From contig NC_086097.1 of the NCBI RefSeq assembly GCF_963921235.1, positions 212,476,001-212,540,000 of the forward strand: a stretch of 64,000 nt of DNA, written 5' to 3'. The DNA comes from Mobula hypostoma (taxonomy: Eukaryota). The notes under the pieces were generated by a model, which ran no database searches, was not told the DNA's origin, and was given only the letters and a program-made list of their open reading frames with translations. Below, one piece after another: positions 51,560 through 64,000 of the stretch; positions within the stretch are counted from its first letter, which is position 1, and the number at the start of each line of letters is the position of its first letter. The position numbers and the translations under genes were made by a program.

Positions 51560-54210
51560 GCCTCAGTCTGACAGCCTAGGTGTGCCAGTGTCCTCCAGGC
51601 ACCAAAAGCTCCTCCTCCGCTTATTGTTTGAGTTGATTATTTTCACCTGCATCTTGTTTTATTTATCAGTACACCTGTGCCTTGTTTTCTTTATCTACTT
51701 AGGTTCCCTCTGTTTTGTTCATCTTTGCCCAGTCTTGAGCTTACCTGCCCTGTGTGTAGTGATTCTCAAGCTCCCAGCCTATGAACTAATCCACAAGTAA
51801 AGATTCTTTGTTCAATTCCATTCTCATCTCTGGTCTCCTCTGCACTTTGGTCTAACTGATCTAAGTCTCCATTGGTTAAAGATATGGACCTCCACTGTAA
51901 CAACCCTGGATCAAACCACCCGTTACATTCATGGACCCAGCAGAGTATGAGCACCTTTGATCAGTGCTGCTCGGCCAGGAAATAATGGTGGGTAGACATC
52001 ATATGCTCCAGCAGATCTTGATCACCATGCAGTCGTTCATCGAGACCATCCAGCTGAGCCAGCAAACCTCTGCTGCCACCTCAGCTCTCGAGTCTCCACC
52101 TAACATCACTCGTTTGTCCTAACTTGCTGGCTTTCACTCATTGCCCAGTGTTCTCTGGCATTTGAGCTGCAATCCCCCAGGTTCCCCTCTGACTGCCTAT
52201 ATCATCTCTCTCCTCTCTGGCAAACCTCTCAGCCACACTCCAGGTAACTCACCACGTTGTGCAGATGTATTCCTCTTCACCAGGGAGGTGACAAGGGTGT
52301 TTGACTAGCCAGTCAGTAGACCAGAGGTGGCCAATTTACTCCTCCAATTTTGTCAGGGTACCTGTAGTGTGGCTGACTACACTGTTGAGTTCCTCACCCT
52401 GGCAGCAGAGAGTGGTTGGAACATTGAAGTCCTTGTAACCACACACCACCACCGGTTATCACGTGAAATTAAAGATGAATTGGCAGCCAGAGACCCAGTT
52501 GAAGATCCTGATACTCTCCTCGATGGGTTGACAATTATATCCAGAAAACAAGAAGAGAGCACCACAGTGAGTGATTTAGGGTTGCCATTCTCCAATCCCC
52601 TCCAGACTCATCATCCTTGGTGCCATCATGCACTAGGATGGGTGGCTGTGAAGGAGTACATCCATGATCTCCCAAGCATCCAGTTCCGTCCGCCCCTCCA
52701 AACCTTCTGCTGCTGCAGGCTGCTTCTTCATGATGTAAAAGGATGATGGACTCCAACCATGTATAGATTATTGAGGCCTCAATAAGATTATGGTAAAGAA
52801 CTGGTATTCCTTGCTACTGATGACCACAGCTTTCGAGTTGCTGCAAGGGGCACTGTATTTACTAAATTGCATGTCTGAAATGCATCCAGGCTGGTCTGCA
52901 TTTGGGAGGGTGGTGAATGGAAGACCACTTTTCACACCCCCACTGGCCACTATGAATATTTCATGATGCTGATCAGTTCAGTTAACACCCCTGTGGTCTT
53001 CCAGGCCTTTATTAGCGATGTCTCCGAAGGATGGTACATCACTTTGTCTTCATGTACCTGGATAACATACTTACCTTCTCCAAGACCTATCAGGAGCATG
53101 TCCAACATGTTTAACAGGTCCTTTAATGTTTACTGCAGAACCAGCCAGCTAATCTTCACATTGGAGAAGTGTGAGTTTCATTATCTCCACAGTCTCCTTC
53201 CTCGAATCTGTTGTCTCAAAGGGGAAACTGCAGATGGACTCTAACAGAACGCATGGACTGGCTGCAACCCACCACGATGAAGCAGCTCCAGCGGTTTCTG
53301 GGGTTCACAAATTTTTGCCAGAGGCTCAGCTGCAAATTCCATTCCTTCACAGTAACCTTTACTGTGCTAAAGATAGGATCCTTTGTTCAATTTCACTGGA
53401 CCCCACAACCCAAGGTGGTTTTCAGGAATTGAAGCATCATTTCACAATGCCTCACATCCTTGTTTTCCTTGACCCAGAGCTGCCATCCATTGTTGACGTT
53501 CGGGTTGGGGATATTCTTTCACCATGTCCGCCCCCCTCCCCATCTGACCTGAAGCTCCATCCCTGTGCTTTCTTCACCAGGGGACTCTGTCCTGCAGACA
53601 GGAGTTATGGTAAAGGAAATAGAGAGTTTTTGGTGGTCAAATTAGCCCTGGAGGAATGGAAACATTGACTGGAAGGAGCTAAACATCCATTTGTGGTCTG
53701 CACAGACCACAAGAATCTGGCCTATGTTCAAGAGGCAAAGAGGTTAAATTCATGCCAGGTTGGTGGTCTCCCTTTTTTCATACTTTTTAATTTTATCATT
53801 ACCTACCATCCAGGTTCAAAGAATCAGCAGACAACACCCTCTCCAAATAATTTGAACCACCAGACCTTGTAACCATCCCAGAGCCAAACTCTCAGGAGCC
53901 AGGTTGGTGACACCGGTCTGATGGGAGGTGAGAGCAACATCAGGAGAGCACAACAACAGGAAGAAGACCAAGGAAACAGCCCACTGAGTTAGCTTTCCAT
54001 CCCTAACTCAGTCCATTCAGATGTGTTACTGTGGGCATGCATCACATATCACAGGACAGCTGCTTGGATGGTGGAGTTGGTCAACAGGTGGGTCTGGTGG
54101 ACGGGGATGGTTAGGGATGTGAAATTATACACGGCAGACTACCACATCTGTGCCCAAACAAGGAACCCACATCTCATCCACAGAGGCTGCTACACCCACT
54201 GCCCATTCCT
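51560..54210 (+). mobile_element. Decayed Ty3/Gypsy LTR retrotransposon (Sushi/chromovirus-like): 5' LTR, gag, RT, RNase H, integrase N-terminus
   Basis: Gag begins MDPAE at 51931 and includes QGTCSVADYTVEFLTLAAESGWN..LSREIKDELA. RT shows CIDY*GLNKI and TTFHTPTGHYEY; RNase H shows LHPCAFF..L.PADRSY..GNREFLVVKLALEEWKH and TDHKNL. Confidence 0.88.
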
Positions 54211-55477
54211 TTGACCCCATTTCTTTTCAATCTTCAAAAATGTATTCTATTAGTCTTCAATACAGCTGGTAATCAAGCTATCTACAGTAAAGAATTACAA
54301 TGTTTCAAAATGCTCTTTGTGAGGAAATACGTATATTTCCATTCCAATGTTAAATGGCTCACAAACCATTCTGAAATTGCCTACCGGTTCTAGATTCCCC
54401 AACTAAGCATTTCAGTATATTATATCAAGTCATAGGACATTTCACTTTTGAACCCGACAACACATACTCATTTTATACAATCTTTCCTCAAAGATAATCA
54501 TCTTATTCTCCACGGGAATCTAGTATATCCTTCTGGTTGTCTAGTGCTGGAATGAGGTGGCCCTCTTCCTGTGCTATTTCTTTAAGTTTGTCTTCTTATG
54601 AGCTCCTGCTGTTCCTCCTTTTCTAGCATATATACCACTGTATTTTGAAAGTAGAATTCCCCCTGGGAAGCCCATTATATAACTCTCTGGAAAGGAATAG
54701 CCAAGGCCTTCAGTGACTTCAATGGAGCCAAGAAGTGAAGTTCAACATGCAACAATTGTGTGAAGCAACAGGGGTACAGGATTGAGAGTGGCGCCATCCT
54801 GTACGTGTGGTTATCTCCGTGAGAGCAGGCTTCATAAAGTCCTGATTTATGGGAGATTTCTGGGTAAGGGCTAAGGTCCTCAAACCCAAACTCCTGCCTA
54901 TGATTTATCCCACTGAAGCATTTCACATGGCTTTTATTTATACAGAATCTATCCAAAGACACACAAGGCTGTGAAATGTTGTTTCGATGACATCAAAACT
55001 CAGAGTATTTAGTGCTTAGCAGCTCAGCTTGCTTCTCAATTCTTTCTCTGTTTCAAAATAATAAATAAGTCAAGCAAAGAAAGATATAGTACTGTATATT
55101 GCACTGACTGATGAGGTGACTAATAATTATTCCCCAGCTAAGGAAACTGCTTTTCATATCCATTCCATCAAGTCCTCTAAGAATTTTATAATTTCATTTT
55201 TAAACCAGAGAACATATGGTATAAAGTAATCTTTCAGTCATTCTGACTTTAATGTTGACCAGACAACTGAACAGGGAATCAAAGAGATTGGTAAAGAGTT
55301 TGTTTTACTGTGTGTGGCTGCAATATGAAGAGGCCTAGAGGCCTGGAATTAAAAGAAGAGGTTGGGAATGGGTTTGGAGACATCGAGAAAATAAATAAAC
55401 GGACAGATTCAAATGATATTGACAGTGAAATAAGAAAAACACTTCAGCTGGTGCAATCAGAGCTAAGGAAATTCATC

Positions 55478-55672
55478 AAATGCTGGAGGAACTCAGCAGG
55501 TCAGCAGTATCTATGGAGGGAAATGAACAGTCAATGTTTCAGATCAAGACTCTTCACTTGGGCAGAAATTCCAGAAAAAAGGTCTCAAGCTATCAAAGTT
55601 GACTGTCCATTTCCCTGCACAGATGCTCAACCTACTGAATTCCTGCAGCGCTTTGTGTGCTGCTCCAGATTT
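55478..55672. repeat. Fold-back pair of Penelope terminal-repeat fragments
   Basis: gctggaggaactcagcagg...gggaaatgaacagtcaa is followed by ttgactgtccatttccc...ctgaattcctgcagc. Confidence 0.65.
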
Positions 55673-56239
55673 CTTTTGTGTCTCCAAGGGAATTCACTGC
55701 ATTGTGTACATGCTGAGAGAAGAAAATATGCATGGTTGGAAGGAAAATAAACAGTCTTCTGGAGTGAATCATGTGCAAGATTTTAAGGATCAAGGCAAGG
55801 CAGGACAGGCTTGAAATTAAAAACAGTAAGAACTGTATATGCAGGAAATGTAAAATAAAAACAGAAAATTCTGGAAAACTTTTACTCCATTGTCAGACTT
55901 CTGGTTACTATATTCTTTCCTTTTTACCTTTGCAATTAGGCAGTCATTGTTTCAGATCTAATTCAATGCTTTCTTAGCAACTTATAAGTGTACTTATACA
56001 CAGCAGCCAGTCAATCTCATATGCTAAGCGGCAACGACATGAAATTTTGTGCTAAGTTCCTTAATCCATTTGATCATCTTTTGCTTTCACTTTTTTTTCT
56101 CTTGCCTTCATGTCCTTAACTTCTGTTTTACCATGATCAATTTTCCAACATGTTCTGATTTTGCATATGTTAATCCCATGACATCTTGGTTTGTGCAATT
56201 GGTAGCAATGTAAAATGCCCAGATAATCTTGAAATCCTG

Positions 56240-56450
56240 AACAAGAGAAAATCTGCAGATGCCGGAAATCCAAGCAACACACGCAAAATGCTGGAGGAAC
56301 TCAGCAGGACAGGCAACATCTATGAAAAAGAGTACTGTCTAATGTTTCGGGCTGAGACCCTTCATCAGGATTGGAGAAAAAAGGATGAGGTGTCAGAGTA
56401 AGAAGTTGGGGGGGAGAGGTTGTGGAGGGAAGAAACACTAGGTGATTTAT
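56240..56450 (-). mobile_element. Penelope terminal-repeat fragment with hammerhead-like motif
   Basis: Minus strand reads cctgatgaagggtctcagcccgaaacatt at about 56341-56370. Confidence 0.7.
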
Positions 56451-56899
56451 CCAGGACAGATTCAAAGGCATGCCTCAGTCTTGAGGTCTTGATGGCATAA
56501 AAGTACAGGGTACTTAATGTGCTTAGTAGATCAGCTTGTCTCTCAATTATTCTTCTATTTTGAAATGATAAATAAAGTGGGTAAAAATAAATACAATATA
56601 TTGTAGCGACAGATGATGTGAAGTATAGAATTATTTTAAAACAAATGCTCAAGAATCACAAATTTCATCACCACAGGGATTCTGTTCAGCTTTGCAATAA
56701 TTCATCAAAATGGTTGTAAGAATATGCAGGTAGCACCAGAACATTCTCCAGATATGTCACAGTCAGGCCATAGCATTTCTGCTTTGGCAGTAGTTTCCTA
56801 TTTAGCAAGTTTTCACTCAATGTCCAAATAACAAATTTACTTTCATTATCATAAACCTAAAATGTGTAATGGACAGCTGATCTGTCCATTATTAAACAC

Positions 56900-57200
56900 C
56901 ACCGGGTTTAATAACAGTTTCTACCCCTCAACCATCAGGCTCTTGAACAAAAGGATAACTACACTCATTCTTTTTCTGGTGTTCCCACAACCAATGGTCT
57001 CATTTTTAAGGACTCTTTATCTTTTATTTCATACTCTTTATTTATTGCTATTTATTTATATCTGCATTTCCACAGTTTGTTGTTCATCGATCCTGTTTAC
57101 AGTTCCTTTTCTACAGATTTGCTAAGTATACCCACAGGAAAAAGAGGGTTTTATGTGGTGACATGTATGTAGTCTGATAATAAATAACTTTGAACTTTAA
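56900..57200 (+). mobile_element. Rex1/Babar LINE 3' UTR fragment
   Basis: TTGFNNSFYPSTIRLLN followed by a UTR ending taataaataactttgaacttt. Confidence 0.7.
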
Positions 57201-57209
57201 CGTCTTTCC

Positions 57210-60200
57210 TGACAAGGGGGATCACTTTGCTTGGCAGGTGAGACTTGTGGCTGTGAAACAATCTCAGGTTCTAGGGCCTCCTCTGTTGTCTCTGGGACTG
57301 CAGGAAGTGGTTCTGACAGCTCTGGACACCTTTCTTCTCTAACAATTCACTCTGCCCTCCTCAACTAATTGATGTGTGGTCTCTAGATGATATCAGACAC
57401 AATCTCCATGGTGCAGGCGTGAGCCAGTTCTGTTCTTAATCTTTCTAAGTACCTACTTTTGATAATCTCTGGGCTGCTTGTCCAGGAGTGAAACATCGAA
57501 CCTCCTTGTTTAAAGATTCTTCAACTTGTTTCACCTGTTTGTCCTGCATACTCCTTCTGAGATTGGGCTTGAGGGGATCCAAGTGTGAGCGCAAGGGACA
57601 ACTCAAGCAATGCAAGGAGGAAATTGGTGGGCTTCTGGCTCAATGTCAGTGTAGTGTGTTCTGCTGATATTGCTCACAGTCCATTTCTTAGACTCTGGAC
57701 AAACCTATGCACCAAGCCATTTGTACCAAGGTAGTACAGTGCAGGTGTAATATGGCTTTTTTTGTTCACTTTCAGGAATGACTGAAATTGTTGTGCAACA
57801 AACAAACAATGTGGTCCATTGTTCTGAAACACCAATCCTTGTGCAAGGCTGTGTCGTGGAGGCTATTGGGAACACTTCTGGCAACTTTGTGGTTGCATTC
57901 ACCACTACCAAGAAATTTGTGTCCATGAGTAGTCAGGCAAAATCTACATGAATCCTCTGCCAGGGCAATACAGGCCATTCTCACGGATGGAGAGGTGCTG
58001 CTCTTGGCATCCATATGGACTTGCTGGCACCTTGACCAGTGCGTGACAAACTGCTCAATTTGCTGATCTATCCCAAGTCACCAGACAAAACTTCGAACCA
58101 ATGCTGTCATTTCGACCACACCTAGATGACAGGCACATAGCCTCTCCAACACTTTCTCTCAATCCCCAATTAAGGCAACCCCTGTCAAGGGCAAGTTCAT
58201 TACGGTGCTGGTAATATGAGAAAACTGGAATTTCTGCTGCACATGGAAGCCATTTTGGGTGGCCATGTAGACCTTTTTTCTGGTTTCCCTTTGGATTTTC
58301 ACTGCCATAATGGGAAACTTATGCTTTGCATTAGGGAGAATACATCAAGAGGAGTGTCCTCTTTTGTAAATTTTTCAGGTACTTCATTTTCCCACGGCAA
58401 ACAGGGCAATCCATCAGCATTTCCATGAATGGTTGTCCTCTTGAATTTGATCTTGCAATTGTGTCCTCCAAGAAAGAGAGCCCATCTCATTATTTGTGCT
58501 TCTACTGTCAGTGGAACACACTTCTGTGGATTAAAAATGCACACTAGTGGTTGATGATCAGTAATGAGAGTAAACCTTCTCTGATACAAGTACTGGTTAA
58601 AATTACACCTCATACCAGACTCAAGGTCTCTCTGTCAATCAGTGCATAATTTTCTCTGTAGTACTAAGGGAATCTGATTCAAAGGCTATGGGCTGTTCAC
58701 TTCCATCACTCATGACATGTAACATGACTGCACCAATACCATAAAGTGAGGTTCACATGCAAGCTTCACTGGATGGCGTGGTTCATAATGTAGGAGTACA
58801 GCGTCTGAGGTCACCATTTCCTTTACTTTTTCAAAAGCCACCACACACTGCGTTGTCCATTGCCATTTCTTCCCAATCGGTAATAATGAGTTCAAGGAGT
58901 GCCAGGTTCAGCAGGAACTTGTTGTAGTAATTGACAAATCCTAAAAAGGACCACAACTGTGACATGTCCTTTGGCCTCGTGGTATCCACTACTGCTTGAA
59001 TTTTCTCAGCATATTTGTGTAATTCTTCTGTGTCAATGCTGCGACCACAGTTAGTGATGCTTGTTGCATTCTGCTCCAAGCCCATAATATTTTAACACTG
59101 CTTTGAGGTTTTGGAGATGTTCCTTTTCTTCCTTACTGGTAACAATGATGCCATCTAAGTCACACTGCGTACCTGGACAGCCTTGCAGCACCTGGTCCAC
59201 AGCTTTCTGCCAGAGTGCAGGTGCATATGCTACTCAAAAAATAAGCCTAGTACAGCAATAAAGCCCTTTCTGGGTGTTATGGTGAGAAACACTTTGGACT
59301 CTTCTTCAATCTCCATCTGTTGGTAAGCCTCAACTAAGTCGACTTTGCTGAAGTGTTTTCCTCCAGAAAGCTTTGCAAAGATATCCTCTATCCTGAGCTA
59401 AGGGAATTCATCTACTTTCAGTACTAGGTTGATGGTGACCATGAAGTCTCCACAGATCCTGACAGGCCTATTCTTCTTGGCTACTCCGACCACCAGCATT
59501 GCATATGGGCTCCACTCAACCTTCGAAAGAATCCTTTCAGCCTCCCATGCGATCTAGCTCACTGGCTACTTAATCACAGATGGTATATGGAACTGGACAG
59601 ACTTTGCAAAACTTGTGTATGGCATTTTCATTTAACACGATTTTACCCTTGATTTGTTTGGGTTTTCCAATGCCATCCTTGAATACTGTTGTGGCATCAT
59701 CCAGTACCTTTTCTAATTTGCTTTCAGTTGACTCTACTGCAGAGGATGTTGTGGTATGCAAATTGTGCATGGATCTCCAACCAAGTTGTAGTTGTCTTAG
59801 CCACTCATAGTCCCACAATGCTGGCCCTCCAGTTTTTAACACATACAAGCCCAATGTGACTTGCTGCTTATTGGATTTCACTGGTACGAACATCATTCCC
59901 ACAGGAGTTATCTTATCTCCAGTCTAAGTTGGATATCTGCAGGCTTCACATCAGTATCTTTGAAATGCCATTCAAACTCATTTTGGGGAATGACTGATAC
60001 AGCCAAGCCACTGTCTCATTCCATCTTAATTAATTTGTCATTCACTTCCGGTGCTTGTACTGGCTAGTTTTCACATTGTAAATCTTGAGGCTATCAGTTC
60101 GGTACCATTCTCATCATGATCAGATTTTTCACCAACAGCATGCAGATTAGAGCTTCTTTTGAAACTGCAACTTGACTCTTTATCTTCTTCTCTTTCCTGT

Positions 60201-61564
60201 GCAGTCCATTTATTTTTGTCTGGCTTACATGCTCTTTGTATGTGTCCTACATTGTTACATTTACTGCAAGTTTTGCCTTTAAACCTGCATTGGTCGCATG
60301 TATGTGAACCCCTGCCACAAAAGTAAGACAATTTATTCAGGCAGGCCGGTTTCTGTTTTGACATTTGGATTTTGTTCACACCCACTTTCATTCCAATTGT
60401 GTCTCCGTCTGCAGATTCCATTGTTACAGCAATTTCAACTGCTCTTTTAAATGTAAGTTGTGCTTTCTTGTACGATTCCACAAACTAAATGACCTCTCAG
60501 CCCATTATTGAACTGACAATCTCGTCAATTCAGTCACGTACACCAGTGGTCCCCAACCACCGGACCGCAAACCGGTACCAGGCCGCAAAGCATGTGCTAC
60601 CGGGTTGCGAGGAAACGATATAAAACAATATGAGTCAGCTGCACCTTTCCTCATTCCCTGTCATGGCCACTGTTGACTAGCACCCTCCCCCCGGTCCGCT
60701 GGTCCGCAAGAATATTGTCAATATTAAACCGGTCCGCAGTGCAAAAAAGGTTGGGGACCCCTGACATACACTGAAATGGACTCCCCTTCCTTTAGATTCC
60801 GATAATGAAAGCTAAAGCATTCTGCAATCAACAATAGTTTAGGTTCTAAATGTTCCTCCATTACCTTCATGATATCAGCAAAGCTCATTTCAGTTAGTTG
60901 GTTGGCACAGTCAAACCTCTAAGCAAACTGTATGTCTTTAAGCCCAAAGTACTTGCATTTCATTGGCTATTCTATTTGCTTCAAATTACTGCTCTATTCA
61001 CTCAGTAAACAATATCCAGTTAGTTCTTGTGTAATTGAAAACATCTATCTTTCTGATGTAGATCGCCATTTCTGCTTTTTTTAAATTTATGATTATAATC
61101 ACCAGGTACTCACTGTTTATGAACCCGTGAATTTGTCTATTCTCTGCCTTTTTAAAAAAATTTGAACTTCTATGTCCCTTCTTGAAGAAGCACGTGCTAT
61201 GCTTTTTTAAAAAACTCTTCCATCTCACTACGCTTTTTTTAATCCAAAGGTTTCGCTGCACTTCAACAGGTAGGTAGTCATCATGGGTTTGTTTAAAATT
61301 ACCTCATCACCACTGTTATGTTTTAACTCCAAAAGCATAATACTAATTTAAAGAAAACACAGACCTGGGATAACTCGTGTATGTTCTTAGTTTTAATTTT
61401 AACGAGATGCACGCTTATGACATGGTGGCATGATGACGTATGCCATTCATGTACTTTTACATTCAACTCTTAATGACTTGTGTAAACAACATATTCATGC
61501 TTAATCAAACTATATATTTACACTATTTTTCAATTATTAATGAAATATTATATACTCAATAGCA
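57210..61564 (-). mobile_element. Decayed Mag-clade Gypsy LTR retrotransposon (5' LTR, PBS, gag, protease, RT, RNase H, integrase)
   Basis: LTR at 61314-61564; PBS-like TGGTGATGAGG at 61302-61312. Gag LTFKRAVEIAVTME with a double zinc knuckle (CGRGSHTCDQC..CSKCNNVGHIQRAC); SFLGFVNYYNKF; FTLITDHQPL..IF; HGNADGL; integrase FLVVVNATTKLPEV. Confidence 0.88.
60544..60763. mobile_element. hAT (Charlie-like) MITE nested in the Gypsy gag
   Basis: TIRs CAGTGGTCCCCAACC / GGTTGGGGACCCCTG; 8-bp TSD acgtacac (60536-60543) / acatacac (60764-60771); subterminal ggtccgc repeats. Confidence 0.9.
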
Positions 61565-61699
61565 CTGTTTATTTTGTGTAACTTATGGTAATTTTTATAT
61601 CTTGTGCTGTACTGCTGCCACCAAAACATCAAATTTTATGTCATATAAGATGTTGATAATAAATTCTATCCTGATTCCTGGGATAGACAGAGAAAAAGA

Positions 61700-62015
61700 A
61701 TCCAGGATGTACTCAGACTCCATGAAAAAGTATAACATCCTGACCAATTCACATGAACAGGCAAAATGGAGGCACAGCACTCTGGATGACATTTGAGATA
61801 TATGTGCCTGTGCTTAGGGAGCACTCAGAAGCCCAACAGATACAGTGGAAATGGTGCTCAACCTCTCAGACATCTACCAGCCCACTTTGTCAGCCACCTC
61901 TTGCCTCATTTGCAATAGTATGTGGTCCCCGTATTGGCCTCATTATCCCACATCTGAACCCACAGAACTGGAGTGGAAACAAATCATTCATGACCGTAAA
62001 GGACTGCTCAAAAGC
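61700..62015 (+). mobile_element. RTE LINE 3' end (decayed)
   Basis: HEQAKWRHSTLDDI, then SATSCLICNS..G.RIGLI.H zinc-finger remnant and a ggagtggaaacaaatcattc 3' UTR. Confidence 0.6.
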
Positions 62016-64000
62016 AGTCCTGGTAAGCTCTGTGCCAGGTTTTGGTTTGTACAGTAGTACTTAAAATGACTTTTAATGTAACTCCCAAACAAAGAAATGA
62101 AATTACACTCCATTGTGTATGAATGAACTTGTATCATCTGATTTCTCCAAAGTTAAAACAATTGTTATGTTTTCTATGACAACACAGATGGCTCAAATCA
62201 ACCTACAAAGACCTGTTATTTCGCCCCTTGGGCTGCTACCTAATTGAGTAGACAGGATAAACTGTGAATTTATGCACAGGCAGTAAGACAATTGCTGAGC
62301 ATGTTTGAGTATGGGCTGCTGCAGCTGAGCAAACACTGGACCTTGTTAGAGTTCAATTCAGCATTATATATTAAATATTTTCATATCATAGTATAGTGAA
62401 TTATACATGGAGTTTAGCATTCTTCATATAATCTCATTTAATTTGGAGATGCCAAGGGTTTAAATCATATCGTTTTGATATCCAGGAAAATTTCAGTTTA
62501 AAACTCATCTGCTTGGTTGTTGAAGGGTGAATCCCTGGTCCTGCGAGGAGAATTTTGTTCCTTAAAAAGTTGCAGATGGAAATTTAGAGAAATTATATTA
62601 GGTCAGTGGCAAAGTCTGGCAATCCCATTTTGCATTATTTTTCAAATCAAAGGAATTTAAAAGGGTACCTGACTCTTGACCCTGGAGTGCCAACCCTATG
62701 TGGCCATTACTACATTTGGATTTAATTTGTATTTATGTATGTCTACAATGACGATTCTTTCTTTTATTATGTGCTGTTAAGGACACCGATATTGAAAGAT
62801 GCATACATTTAATGCAATTTGATTAATTTTTACTTTCATCATAAATTTCCTTTTCAAAAATTAAATTCATAACGTTGACAGCAAAGTCTAATGTGGAAGC
62901 ACTTTTTAACCATGGGAGGCTGCAGATTCCAGTCTTGAGAAGATTTTATTCCCAGTCCTGTAACTTGGAATGTTTTATCATCACCCAATGATCTGGAGTT
63001 TAGTAAGATTCACACTAGATTAAATAGGCTAATTTTAGACACTTTCATCATGATATTGTAAATTGAATTTGAAACAAAAAAATTAATTTCTTTTCACGAC
63101 CACTTTGAATATACTTTGGGTTAAAGTAGTCTTTCATTTAAACAGTGAAATGTATCTTATGCAATATTGCTTTATGAGGTACCTAATATAATGTTCACAT
63201 TCCTCCAAACCAAACATAAACAAGCTCCTTAAACTGCATAATTTGAGTGATTTATTTTTTTTAAACAGCATGAGATCACCTTATTCAAGTCAGCTGGTAC
63301 TTCCTTTATTCATTGAAATGATATAAGTAACTACATTTTTCAGGCACAAATTTGAAAATAGCAGTATTTTATGCAACATAACACATATGATAAAAAATGG
63401 TGTAAATTTTCAAAACAGAAACAGCTGGTAGTAAACAAGTCATAAACTGAATGATATGCAATGATCTCTCCCAAAACAGAATTTGCATAGTTTACAGAAA
63501 GTAATATCACAGCTAGCATCATTAATCCATTATAGGCAAATACACGCCGCAGCAAATACAACAGTTCTGTGCCGGCAGTCAGCCATGCAAAATAGCAACT
63601 TATGTTTTTTTCATACGGGAAGAAACTATAATGAATTTCAATTTAAACAAGGTACGACTGACATCTTATATGTTTCTGCATTTGTATACAATTAGGAGAA
63701 ATTTATTGTAGAATTTCACCATTGCTTTAGGGCTGGTTTAAAATTTACTTTTACTTACTGAATGTAATGTTTGTATATTCAAATAACAATGTTCTATCGA
63801 TGGTTTTCTATTTTTCTCAATTACACAAAGTTTACAGAAACAACCATTAACAAAATTATAGTAGTCACCTTCATTAAAAATTGTAGTCTCCTGCCTGAGA
63901 TGTAAAACAAACAGTGTCTGGAAACATTTTAAAAAACTACTAAAAACTTGGGTTCCAAATATAAGCAATGGATATATTTTAGATGTGTTAAAATACATAG

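Noticed and set aside
51931..54210. Domesticated Sushi-derived gene (PEG10/RTL1-like)
   Set aside because: Many stops, frameshifts and an internal deletion, consistent with neutral decay.
1..64000. CRISPR arrays, operons or other prokaryotic systems
   Set aside because: The DNA is eukaryotic intron sequence, with no regularly spaced repeat-spacer array and no gene-dense regions.

Overview
Vertebrate genomic DNA, most likely from a cartilaginous fish (elasmobranch, probably a ray), inferred from the repeat families. The only host coding sequence I can support is a 66-nt minus-strand exon at 24075-24140 (LDGENMYMSMTDSSQDFMPGSQ, AG/GT-bounded). From memory it matches exon 2 of TOX, so the window appears to be TOX intron 1 (right) and intron 2 (left). 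The rest is mostly mobile-element relics. These include a near-full-length Neptune-type Penelope-like element (RT + GIY-YIG, 17-bp TSD), Poseidon-type Penelope fragments, and many Rex1/Babar, RTE, CR1/L2 and Tx1 LINE fragments. There are also tRNA-derived SINEs, V-SINEs, a rearranged Tc1, Tigger and hAT elements, two decayed Gypsy LTR elements and a solo LTR. The most notable signal is a set of minimal type I hammerhead ribozyme motifs in two Penelope terminal-repeat families. Several sit in fold-back non-autonomous insertions (two with clear TSDs), and one copy with an intact core lies in the sense strand of the TOX pre-mRNA. All identifications were made by eye and from recalled family motifs; no database search was run, and repeat boundaries are approximate unless a TSD or TIR is quoted.
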